Below are positions 12,335 through 22,979 of a stretch of 64,000 bases of DNA, piece by piece (within the stretch, counting starts at the first letter, position 1; the number at the start of each line of letters is the position of its first letter). Under the pieces are notes generated by a model that did not search any database, was not told where the DNA came from, and was given only the letters and a program-made list of their open reading frames with translations. The position numbers and the translations under genes were made by a program. The DNA is taken from contig NC_045702.1 of NCBI RefSeq assembly GCF_009834535.1, positions 27,032,001-27,096,000 of the forward strand. Direction: 5' to 3'. Source of the stretch: Camelus ferus (taxonomy: Eukaryota).

Positions 12335-14280
12335 CTATAGACAAAAAAATAAATCCTTTTATCAGTTGCCTACTCCTTCCAACATATACCCCATTGACCT
12401 CAAAGGAAGCAACATTTTGAGCATCCAAGGGCAGAGTTTGGGCCAGTATTATTCATGAATTCACATTTAAATGCTCATTAGTGAGTTTAAATTGTTGGTA
12501 ACAACACATTAAATGGTAGTCTCAGTGTTTTCCTAGAATATCGGCATGGTTTAAATCAATTCGTCTTCAAAACAATTCCCGAATTTTACAGTAGTTTTCA
12601 TTAAGACCTTTGGATGGATATTTTAAGTCACTTTATTGGTTTCTTAAAATAAAAATGTTCACATTAAATGTAATTTTTATCTTAAGGATGCATTTTCCTA
12701 TATTTACATATACAAAAAGAATAACAAAGAACTGACAACAAGGAAAAGTAACACCTAAGTGTTGTAACTACTTAAAATAGGATAAGGTTTCCCAGCTGCT
12801 TACCTTATAGCCATCAACCAAAGCAACTGGTTAATTCTATTAACTTAATGAAACTGGAGGGTCACTTCAGTGACATAAATTAGTCTGATAACTTGTTTTT
12901 AAAAATGGAGTATCTGAGTCTATAAAATGTTAAATTATTTAATCTCATATAGATATAAACTAAATCTGAATCATAAGTAGCAAAGAAAATTCAAAAGTTA
13001 AATGAATTAATGGAAAACGTATATGTGTGTCTGTGTGTAAGAGAAATAGTGACACAATGTCACTGTTGAATGCCTGTACTGGTTGACTTCAAAGCCTTCT
13101 ACAGTTCAAACCTTCCAAATGTGCATTTCTCAAAACATACTTCAGAATGTGTGTGTACAATCTTTAGAATTTTGCGAGCTGTTCAAGTTAATAGATTAAG
13201 ATATAAAAACTGGGTTTCACTAGAAAATTGCTCCATTCATCCACTTTACAGAAAATTCAATGACATCTCAAAACTATAATTCATGTTGGTATAGACAGTC
13301 TCTGTCCTTCCTGACTTTATAAAAAGGGAGATAGAAACCCCTCACTAATCTGTTATAATTGATCCTAACATGCATGTATCATCTGCAAATAACCTCATCA
13401 ACATTCAGAAAGGATTACCTAAATGAACCTATCTACATATTGTTCCTTATAATAAGACCCCACAAGACTAATGACTTATTAGTGCAATGACTGATTAATT
13501 GGTTGATTCTAAAGTGAATTGTTAAGAGTATAATTGCTACCTTATCCTAATTTCTGAAGGTTAGAAGTTAATGTGATGCTAATGTAGCCCAACTGACTCA
13601 ATAAATTTTTTTCTATTTACTAGCAAACTTACAACAAATTAAAAAAACTGACCATATTTTAAATCGTTTAAAATTTCTATTGAATTAACCTTTAGTGTCT
13701 AACATTAATAGCAAAATAACCACATACATTCACAAATATTTCTTACTGTTCTATCAGTCCTTATCCTTAATCTGTATTTTCGTTTTTTAACATCATTACC
13801 AATTTTCAGTGTAGATATTTTGCACTTACATTGTTCTCGAAATGCATTAATTCTGCTTTACTCTTCTGAAGGTTGGCAAATTCTCTGCTTTGAAAAGCGA
13901 AATGTACTGTGGGATTGTTGATCTTCCTAAACACAATCAATTCTCAATTATTCAATGTCAATGAAGGGAGGCATTGGTATGAATAAATAGTATTAGTTGG
14001 TAATTCAAACATCTGGGTTAGGGCAAAGGCAATTTATCTCAGGCTGCTCCAATCCTCTGAACGAAAAGGAAGCACAACTAAGAGATTCAGTTTGTGCCAG
14101 GTTTGGGAAGTGGTGGGGAGGAGGGGCTGCTATCATATAATACAAATGGGTTGGTCTGGGATCCTCTTCTGTTAGGGAAGTAAATGCTCTCAGTGGTGAA
14201 CAGTTGTATATTAGCCTGGCATTTCCACGTAACTCTCACTTAACATCTTCTAGGTATTGTCTCCTCATTGAAATCTGCAG

Positions 14281-14345
14281 GACGGGTGTTATTATCCCCA
14301 TATTACAGTTGAGAACACAATCTCAAAAAGTTCAAAAAATTCACA
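14281..14345 (-). mobile_element. MIR fragment
   Basis: gttattatccccatattacagttgagaacac matches reverse-complement MIR core. Confidence 0.55.
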
Positions 14346-14570
14346 CACCACCCCACTGATAAAAATGACACTATCAGATTTAAAGCTGTATGTCTCTGCC
14401 ATGCAGAAATTGAGAGACTAACAATTTACTGTATTCAAGCAATGTAGAAATCATTCTTGGGTTGCAGAAAATCATTCTTCGGTTGTATAAATCACTAAGG
14501 AAGAAAAGAAATATTATTGAAAAGTGTATCTCCTGACATACTACATAAGGTATACATAACACTTTTTAGA

Positions 14571-15000
14571 TGCATTCATTCATTTATTCACTCAACAAGT
14601 ATCAACTGAATGCCTATGATAGACCAAGTGCTGGAGATAATCCAGTAAACGAAACTCATCTCCACCCTCAAGAAGATTACACACTTGGGGTCAGGACAAA
14701 TAAAAAGCAAATAAGATATTAAGTGAGTAATGATGTTGGATGGTGATAAGACTTTTGGGAAAAGGCACCGCATGGTAACAAAGATTGACATGCATAGTGT
14801 AAGGAAAGATTTGGGAAAGACTCCTTGAGATGAGATGTGAAAAGTGAGAATGAGCCATAGAGCTCCCTGGGTCAAAAAAAAAAAAAAAAAAAATGCTCCA
14901 GAGAGAGGAACTATGATGCCCTGCCCTGGAGGGTTCTTGATGTGGTGACAAGAAATAGTGAGGAGATGAGAGTGATTGTTAAGGAGTGTGTAAGGGAGTC
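14571..15000 (-). mobile_element. L2 LINE 3' fragment
   Basis: tgcattcattcatttattcactcaacaagtatcaactgaatgcctat tail followed by typical L2 body. Confidence 0.75.
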
Positions 15001-15283
15001 AGTAGCTTTCAACTAACCTTGAATCTGGGAAATAATTTGGTGCTCATTAGGTAGAGAATTTTCAAAACTCATGGAGACGACTGTTAAAAGATACAATGTG
15101 AAATAGCGTCCCTCAACCAATCTTTGGGAAACTGGCATCTCAAATTGCATATGTTTATCAATGACTACATTGAAATAAAGTGCCTTAAGGACTTTCAGCT
15201 AAGGTTGGACTTGGATTTATGTCCTTAAGTTCCCCCAAACAATGCTTTCTGCAATTGTTTCATGAACTGACAAGGTTCTGGAA

Positions 15284-15420
15284 GGCAGTGTATAATGAGA
15301 GTTTGGATCCAGGCTACCTGGGTTAGAAACCTGGTTCCAACATTTAATAGTTGGTGATCTGGGACAAGTGAATTAAAATGGGCTCAGCTTTCTCTTCCCC
15401 TAAAATTAGTCAAGGATAGT
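15284..15420 (+). mobile_element. MIR SINE
   Basis: ggcagtg…ctgggttagaaacctggttccaacatttaatagttggtgatctgggacaagtg…ctcagctttctc. Confidence 0.6.
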
Positions 15421-15439
15421 TAATTTTAATAGTAAACTA

Positions 15440-16255
15440 ATAATTTCAGTCAATCTCAAAGAGTTTGTTAAGCGGGAACATCTGGGGGGCTTACGCTGTT
15501 GCTGGCTGACTCTGATGGCTGGGACGTGCTGTATTTTATATGTTGACATCAACCTATTTGGCTAACAAGGGGGTCTTTGAGGTCAGGAAAGATTCAAGGC
15601 CTCTCAGCCTGAATGTTAGTGCTAGTGACATGCATACTAGGGAATTTTTGTCATGCAGGAAAGCATAAACATTAAACGTCAACATCGAAGCACAAGAAAT
15701 GATAGGGAAGAAAGGGACTGGCTGGCTGTGGGGTTTTATGACGAGATGGTCATATACAATGTCAGAGATGTGGGCGATGCAGCAGAGAATTCTCCCGCAA
15801 CAGCTACCCCCCAGCTCCCGCTACTGACCAAAGGTTATCTTAGATGTCAACGTATCGAGTCCCGGGCAGGTATGGTAAACCTTATTGAAGGAACTGTGGG
15901 AATTATTTCCGGAATGAGAGGCAAAATCTATTTTAAGTACATGAACAAAAGTTGGCAAATAATTTTGCAACTGAGAATCATTTTTACATTGGATCAAAAT
16001 AACATAAAACATGCCATTGAGTCACTTATTAATACACTGAGTACACCTGCCATTCTATGCACAAATCTATTAAATGTCAATAAACAACACCCAAAAAATT
16101 AAGATGCCATTTGACTGTTAACAAGCCCTAAGGCCCCTCCAGTGTGTTGCCAACAGAGGTAAAAATGTTTGGTGTTTGTCAAGTCTGTAAACTGAAGTGA
16201 GAATTCCAACCTTAAGTAAGAGATTCTTTTTGAATGTCTATTTCTAGACAACATA
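15440..16255 (-). mobile_element. hAT-Tip100 (Zaphod-like) DNA transposon relic, segment 1
   Basis: Minus strand aattcccacagttccttcaataaggtttaccatacctgcccgggactcgatacgttgacatctaag…ccctttcttccctatca closely resembles the Zaphod consensus as I recall it; CpG-richer than flanks. Confidence 0.55.
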
Positions 16256-16261
16256 ATATTT

Positions 16262-16566
16262 TAATGTATTTTTAAATGCACCTTTCATTTTAGAACTGTT
16301 TCACATTTACAGAAAAACTGCAGAGTATAGAGTTCCCATATATACCCCACACTCAATTTCCCCTATTATTAACATCTTACCTTAGTGTGGCACATTTGTT
16401 TTAATTAATGAAGCAATATTGATACATTAATATTAACTAATGCCTATAATTTCTTCAGATTTCCTTAGTTTTTACCTAATTCCTTTTCCTGTTTCAGGAT
16501 TCCATTTCAGAAGCCACATGATATTTAATAGTCATTTTTCCTTAGACTCCTCTTAGCTGTGACAGT
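16262..16566 (-). mobile_element. L1MC-type 3' end inserted within the hAT relic
   Basis: ttttagaactgtttcacatttacagaaaaactgcagagtatagagttcccatatatacc…aatttcccctattattaacatcttac…ctcctcttagctgtgacag is a diagnostic L1MC 3' UTR. Confidence 0.85.
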
Positions 16567-16574
16567 GATCGCAA

Positions 16575-17100
16575 TATTTTTACATTATAAATATAACTAC
16601 AAGTAAAACTAAAAAATTAATTGATGCATTCCTTATGCTGATTTGAAAACTTCTTGGCAGAAACATCTTTCATGTTTTGCCAGTTTATGACACATGCATA
16701 TTCACAGATATGTTTTGTTTCTAATATTTTATCAATGTCTAGTATTTTATCAGTTTCCAAGATTTTATCTACTATTAGTGCCAGTCTCTGGAAACAGTGG
16801 AGCTGCGAGTAGACCACAACGTGTTCACTCCTATCTTTAAAAGGGACTCTTGAAAGAAAAAGTAAATCATGGAAACTAACTTGCAATCTGAGAATGTGTA
16901 TTTGGAAGAGGGTAAAAGTGGATTCATCTGTTTTGCCACGGTGATAGCACTGGTGGATGCCACAAAGCTGGCAGAAAAGATATATAATCCCTGCGGCACA
17001 ACAGGCTTATAGTTTGGATCAAGGATTTTAGACACTACTCGGGACAATTTTTAGAGTAATTTACAGAATCTAGGGAACAGTCAAAATTGGCATTTTTGGA
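16575..17100 (-). mobile_element. hAT transposase remnant (frameshifted), segment 2
   Basis: Minus frames give GLYIFSAS, LLKIGVNTLWSTRSSTV (cf. hAT LK..CETRWS.R motif) and EYACVINWQNMKDVSAKKF (cf. F...VIW..IL..IN.VSK.LQ). Confidence 0.55.
16720..16773 (+). repeat. Three diverged 18-bp tandem copies
   Basis: tctaatattttatcaatg / tctagtattttatcagtt / tccaagattttatctact; reads DKILET-DKILDI-DKILET on the minus strand. Confidence 0.85.
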
Positions 17101-17150
17101 ACTTGAGGCATTTGTGTTTCAACACACTGATTTGGACTTTGGTTTCCTTT

Positions 17151-17289
17151 TATTTATTTTTCTAAATTGATTTTTATTGAGGTATAAACATGCAACCTTA
17201 TATTCATTTCAGATGTACAGCACAATGATTCAATATTTGTACACACTGTGAAATGATCACCACGATAAGTCTAGTTAACGTCTATCACC
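17151..17289 (-). mobile_element. 5'-truncated L1 (L1MA-type) 3' end with target-site duplication
   Basis: tttttattgaggtataaacatgcaaccttatattcatttcagatgtacagcacaatgattcaatatttgtac…; flanked by ttggtttccttt (17139-17150) and ttggcttccttt (17290-17301). Confidence 0.85.
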
Positions 17290-18234
17290 TTGGCTTCCTT
17301 TAAGACCATTAGTGAGAGACCATTAGAATAAGATTGCTAGAGCAATCAGTTTGGAAGATACAATTTAATTTTTGAAACACTACTTTCTTTCTTTCCATCT
17401 TACTGTGAGACTAAGTAGTGTATCACAACCAGAGGGCAGAATGAATGGAAGAATTACATCACTGCTACCTTCCTTGAAACCATCTTTCTAGCAACCTCCT
17501 TTGAGTATGAAATCTTCAAAATCTATCAGTTCATTTTGGATGTTATAAAAAATAATGGAATTCTTGTTTAGAGTTTCAGATAATGTCAAATACTCATTTC
17601 TGATTGGAAACCTCAGCTCCCCAGAGAACAGAAATATATTACAATTGATTTTTTAAACTACTTTTTAATAGAATGTAAAATGGTGGATATCAGCAAAAGA
17701 CGCAATATTCATAATAGAAAAAGTGATCTTTTTAATTATAAGAAACAAGTTTGACTTGTTCTAAAAACTATTAATAAAATGTTTTAAAAATAGGAAAAGA
17801 CTGCTTCTTTCTGTTGATGATTTTTATATTTTTTTCTAAAAGACTAATTAAAATCTTATAAATGTACCTTGTTTTGCATTGTGGCTAATAAGGAAATAAA
17901 ACTCTGAATTCATTAAAATAATCAAAGTACCAAAATAGAATCAATACCTCATAACAATTCCATGGAGAACAAGCTTATCACTAAATTAAGGACAATGTAG
18001 CTTCAAAATAAACTTTTAAATATTTAACATTTCCCTCCAGTGAGCTTATGTTTATGAAATGCTGCTATGAAAATCAACTTAAACACATTATATAAAAACA
18101 CTCATGTTATGTCAAAAATGCTTTTTTATGTTAAGCATAATTAGTTTGAAATGCAGGTTTGAAAAAAAATCTAAAAAACCCCAACAAACAAAAACAGTGC
18201 CTTAGGTATGATAACAATGTATTTTTTTCCACCT

Positions 18235-18630
18235 GAAAGTCCGCAGTTAAGAGGTGTAGGGCTAACAGGAACCCCAAGATAAGAGGGATGCAGACACCTT
18301 CTGTCATGAAATTCCATGACACACAGGCTCCCCTTCTCAAGGTCACCTCCTATTTCAAGGTAACTGTTTAGATGTTAGTCACCAGATGTACATTTCAACT
18401 AACAGAGAGGAGGAAGGGGAATGGACACATGGGATATTTCTTATAAATTGCATACTTAAGACTTCCCATACTTAAGACGTCCCATTGGCTTGCAGAACTT
18501 CATCTCTTGGTCCCACCCAACTGCAGGAAGGCTGAAAGATGTAGTCTTTATTCCATGTGGTCACACGCCCAGCTAAAAATCAGGGCAGTATTAGTAAAGA
18601 ATAAAATGAGGAAAATATTGAAGATAACCA
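18235..18630 (-). mobile_element. MaLR solo LTR (MLT1J/K-like)
   Basis: cccattggcttgcagaacttcatctcttggtcccacccaactgcaggaaggctgaaagatgtagtctttattcc…cccagctaaaaat. Contains a 16-bp tandem duplication at 18451-18482. Confidence 0.7.
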
Positions 18631-19425
18631 GAATACTCTGTCAGAAAAATCAAGAGATGTCCCCATTCAACACAAATTTGGTAAATAAGCAGAAATCCTA
18701 TTCACAAAAGGACCTGTTATAGATCCAGCATCTAAATCCTGCTCTCCTTTTCTCCTAGGTCCCTGCTCTGGAAGACTAAGAAAAACTAATTTCCTAAGAT
18801 CCTTAATGCACTTTATTACAAGATGAAGAATAAGGTCCATGATCATGTACGGTCTTACCAAATAATGTCAAGTAACCAGTTTGAATAAATGTCTAACCGA
18901 ACCTATTAGGTCAACTGGTTAATTTATTATTATAAAACAGCATATACATAATATGTAATGTGCACAGAAATAGAACCTCTGATATTTAGTCAGAAATTCC
19001 ATCCTCAGTTTCTTCTTGTTTGTGGGCTTCCTCAAAAAATGAATAAATAAAATGATGATGGTTGTGATTCTGACAACAATGAAAGACAAATAATGTGGAT
19101 AGCAATTAAATAAGAAATTAAAAAGGACTTAACTGATGATTCTACTGTGGAACATTTGTCTTCAGATAGTTTATTTCCAACTGAGAAATCTCTCATTGTG
19201 CAAATTATCATCTTTGGATTGTATCTGTTATCCTAAATCTAGAGTCTACATTTAAGGCTTGGCTTCTAGTAAGTGAACTAGGGAATTGTTAAATTTCTTT
19301 ATTAAGACCATTTTACAGTTTTTAAACATTTTTCCAGGTTACTCAATTATTCAGTACGTTTTGGTTTCAGTGTGTTTCATAGGCTAAAACAGAAATAAAT
19401 TGTGTGTACGTTTGAATAGCCTTAC

Positions 19426-19501
19426 GAAATACGGTCTCAAAAACCCTTTGTATTCTTTCACGGTACTCTGTATATCTTCGCTGTGTTCTCTTTCAAGTTC
19501 C
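19426..19501 (-). CDS. Candidate internal exon (exon 3), ELEREHSEDIQSTVKEYKGFLRPYF
   Basis: Acceptor gtgctctctctcttgccaaag and donor ttc|gtaagg; 76 nt; phase 2 to phase 0; the only open frame. Confidence 0.22.
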
Positions 19502-20571
19502 CTTTGGCAAGAGAGAGAGCACAAACGCACAGACCCATGAAAGTATCTAATCTGTATGCAATCTGTGGCCATAGAACAAAGACGAGCTAATTGGTCCATA
19601 AGTGGGATCTATGATCTTGGCATCATTTAGTATGCTTCTCTAATCCAATTAACCAGCCACACTGCCCTCTTCTATATGCTGCTCAAGGGCAGGAATCATA
19701 GGTATTTTTGTGTACCCTGCATCTAGCACTTTTCGTGGTACATGAATTGAGTTCAATATTTATGAAATAAAACTATAATCCCATACTATTCACTTTTAAA
19801 AATACCTGCTTGCCTTATATATTTCTTCTTTCTTCCAAATTTTGCAGGGGAAAAAAACATTTTTTTAAAACCCAGAATTTTGAAAGAGAAGGCAAGATTG
19901 TCATTTTTCCTCTTGACGGATTCAAATCAATAGTTAGTTTACAGTATTGGAGGTACATGTAATGTAGAAATGAGTTCTAAAATTCTTTTATTGAATTCAA
20001 AGAAGAAAAACCATTAAAAGGAAATAATTTACCTTCTTTGATAAGAAAACAGATTTTAATGTCAAATGTGCTTTTATTCATACAAGGTCAAACTAGGAAT
20101 TAGATGTTAAAAGGGCAGGCAGCACCTAGATACTGAATGGTGGGTAAAATTAGATGCGAGGAAGCAGGTCAGTCTTAATGATCCTTCTCCATCACTATGT
20201 TTTTCTCATTTAACTATTATATCAACTCTGAGTCCAGAATTCTTACCACTACGCTAGTGGTATATGCTATATGAACACATATATCATTTATATATCGCCC
20301 TGGCTTTAGGTCGGCCCGGTGGGGGAACTGTCAAAGCTGGAGAATGTGTAAGATGATACAGGTCCAGGGGCAAGAGAACTTACAGAAACTTAGATTGTTG
20401 ATTGACATGATAAAATTGCATTAAAAAAAATATACGTATATGTTTTCTGTTATTGTATTACAAACCTGCAGTCTCTCTATATTTTCCTAAGTTTTACTAC
20501 AAAAGAATAATGTTTTGTCAGAATACTAAAATAAAGACAACTGAGATTTTTCACTTGTATTTGCAGCTCAC

Positions 20572-20658
20572 TGCTTTCCTTCAGCAAACATGAGTTCTGT
20601 TTCTGTATCTTGTTTTGTTTCTTTTGCTCTCTGCCCCGAGATTTGTTTTTGAAGATTC
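20572..20658 (-). CDS. Candidate internal exon (exon 2), NLQKQISGQRAKETKQDTETELMFAEGK
   Basis: Long pyrimidine acceptor ctctcctttttcctcttgacatctatcttag and donor gca|gtgagc; 87 nt; phase 2 to phase 2. Confidence 0.22.
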
Positions 20659-21153
20659 CTAAGATAGATGTCAAGAGGAAAAAGGAGAGGGAAGACATGT
20701 CTTTTATTTCCAGAGAGTACGTAGTGTTTTCATCTTCAGCCAGCTTGTGCTAGTCTCTGCCTGACATATTTTTACTGAGTTGCAAAAATAAAATAGTAAA
20801 AATAAAATAAGGCTTAACGATGTTCTTCAATGGTAGCTGGCAGAGCCGTTGTTTTATACTTCATGAGAATAAATTTATGACATTAAATACTGCCTGAGCA
20901 TTTTTACAATTGTTTAAATTGGGTAAAATAGTATCTTTAACAGGAGACAATATTAACCAGAATTTGGACCCCTTATTTTAAAAAGCTAAAGTGCTCTATA
21001 TTTTGTAATGGGACAATATTTCTTAGTGTCTTCTTCAATATCCAGATGCTAACAATATTTACCCACCTACTCACCTGCTAAAAAAAGAGTCTATCAATAT
21101 TCATGAGTGATCCAAAATTCTACCAGCAGAAGCAGCGATCATCAGAAACTTAC

Positions 21154-21251
21154 CACAAGTACAAGAAGTACATCTGTGGATGGTACTGATACTTAGAAAT
21201 CAGGCCTTTGGCTGAACTCAAATCTTCATAATACTTTGCAGAGCTTTCCAT
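21154..21251 (-). CDS. Candidate first coding exon portion, MESSAKYYEDLSSAKGLISKYQYHPQMYFLYL
   Basis: ATG in strong Kozak-like context (attATGG) after an in-frame TAA; donor gtg|gtaagt; immediately adjacent to the N gap. Confidence 0.18.
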
Positions 21252-21262
21252 AATTTAGAGAA

Positions 21263-21484
21263 NNNNNNNNNNNNNNNNNNNNNNNNNNNNNNNNNNNNNN
21301 NNNNNNNNNNNNNNNNNNNNNNNNNNNNNNNNNNNNNNNNNNNNNNNNNNNNNNNNNNNNNNNNNNNNNNNNNNNNNNNNNNNNNNNNNNNNNNNNNNNN
21401 NNNNNNNNNNNNNNNNNNNNNNNNNNNNNNNNNNNNNNNNNNNNNNNNNNNNNNNNNNNNNNNNNNNNNNNNNNNNNNNNNNNN
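21263..21484. other. Assembly gap (222 N)
   Basis: Run of N seen directly. Confidence 1.
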
Positions 21485-22053
21485 CGTTGTAAATCTAGTT
21501 ATTTACAATAAGAAGCAACATAAAAGGCTTTTTTTTTCAATGAATGATAAAAATAGAGTCATAGCCTTGGGGTTCTATTTTAAGGTTTACATGAAATAAT
21601 AATGAAGCAACAGAAAGCTAACCTGTTCCATATTTCATTGCGTTGAGGTGACTTTGTTAGCATAATAAGGAACTGTCTAAGAACTCAAAAATTATTCTGT
21701 TGATTGCATGTTTTGAACTAAAGAATTATTTTAAGAGAGTCGTAGTAGTATTACTTCGGCATCACGATGAGTTATGTAAGTGTGAGGGTGTTGAAATGAG
21801 CCAAAATTATATTTTTGTACACTATAATATATTTGTGCGTACCGAAAAGTTACTTAATTACTGTGATGTAGCTTTTATATTTAACATCCACTTAAGAATC
21901 ATATCTTGAAGATCTGAACTAAGAAGTTTCTTTCATTATTTATTCTTATATAACCTAGGGGAAAGACACAGGGAAGCAGCTATCTAATTATGACTGTTTT
22001 AGAAAGACATAAGAAGGGAGCAAAAGTTTTTCAAGGCTTTTTATATATGGATG

Positions 22054-22238
22054 CAGAGGCGGATTTGCTGCGAAGCTCACAAAGCTTCAGGGCCCCTCTC
22101 TCTCAAGGGTCCTTTCCAAGGTCCTGAACTTAATTTTCTATTCCTTATTTTGTATTTTATTTCTATTGCTTACTGTGGTTTCCTCCCAAACCCCAAATTG
22201 TATAAGGCTGCAGGCTTCATACAAAGCAAACCCACCTG
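22054..22238 (+). mobile_element. Short non-autonomous hAT-Tip100 element (Zaphod-family MITE)
   Basis: Left end cagaggcggatttgctgcgaagctcacaaagcttcagggcccctc; right end gcaggcttcatacaaagcaaacccacctg; decayed 8-bp flanks tatggatg / tgtgtacg (5/8). Confidence 0.65.
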
Positions 22239-22979
22239 TGTGTACGTATGAACATCTGGACGTCTCTTCAGTTTTAAATAGCAGGGGACCTCAAGATTGA
22301 TAAGGGGCTAAAAGTAGAGGAGACGGAAGACTTGTGAGCAGAACTGTGGTCAAGTTTTCATCATCTTCAGAAGCAAATAAAGAAGAGGAGCAAAGGACAG
22401 CAGGCAGAAAAGGGAAGAAAAGAGAGGGAGGAAAGGTGGAGGAATGGAGGACTCTGAGGGGGGAAGGTACAAGAAAGAGCGGAAAGTTTGAAAAACTCAC
22501 GTGGGAAATCATTTGTGTCTTACAGACGGAAAGAGTACACACAAGTCTCACGTGCTTTCTCGGCCACGGCTTTCAATTCTCACTTTTCAAAATGAATTTG
22601 TAACCTCAAGTTTGAAAACACCGACTTGGCAATATTAGTATAGATTATTGTTACTTTTATCTTGGCTATGCCATTTACTTTTTATTTCATGAATAAAACA
22701 CGAGTTGGAGAAAAATCACATGATACCTGTTCAACGCAGGAACCTCCTCTTATTCCTCCCTCTTTCCCTCTTTGAATCAGATCCCTTTTAGGATGCTTGC
22801 AAAGGAACTGCTAAATGGCCGAAGGGCAGCAGATTACATTTACTTCAACAAGATGTTAAAATAGATTATAGCCTAGACTCTAAGGCAATAGGTGGCAGAT
22901 AAGTAAGGACGTACCCTGCAAGAAATTCAAAATAGATAAATAAAAACTGAAAAAACAGTTTTACCTTACCTACTTCAAG

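Noticed and set aside
13048-13064. Inverted repeat agtgaca-caa-tgtcact
   Set aside because: A 7-bp-arm palindrome is expected by chance in 64 kb; no supporting context.
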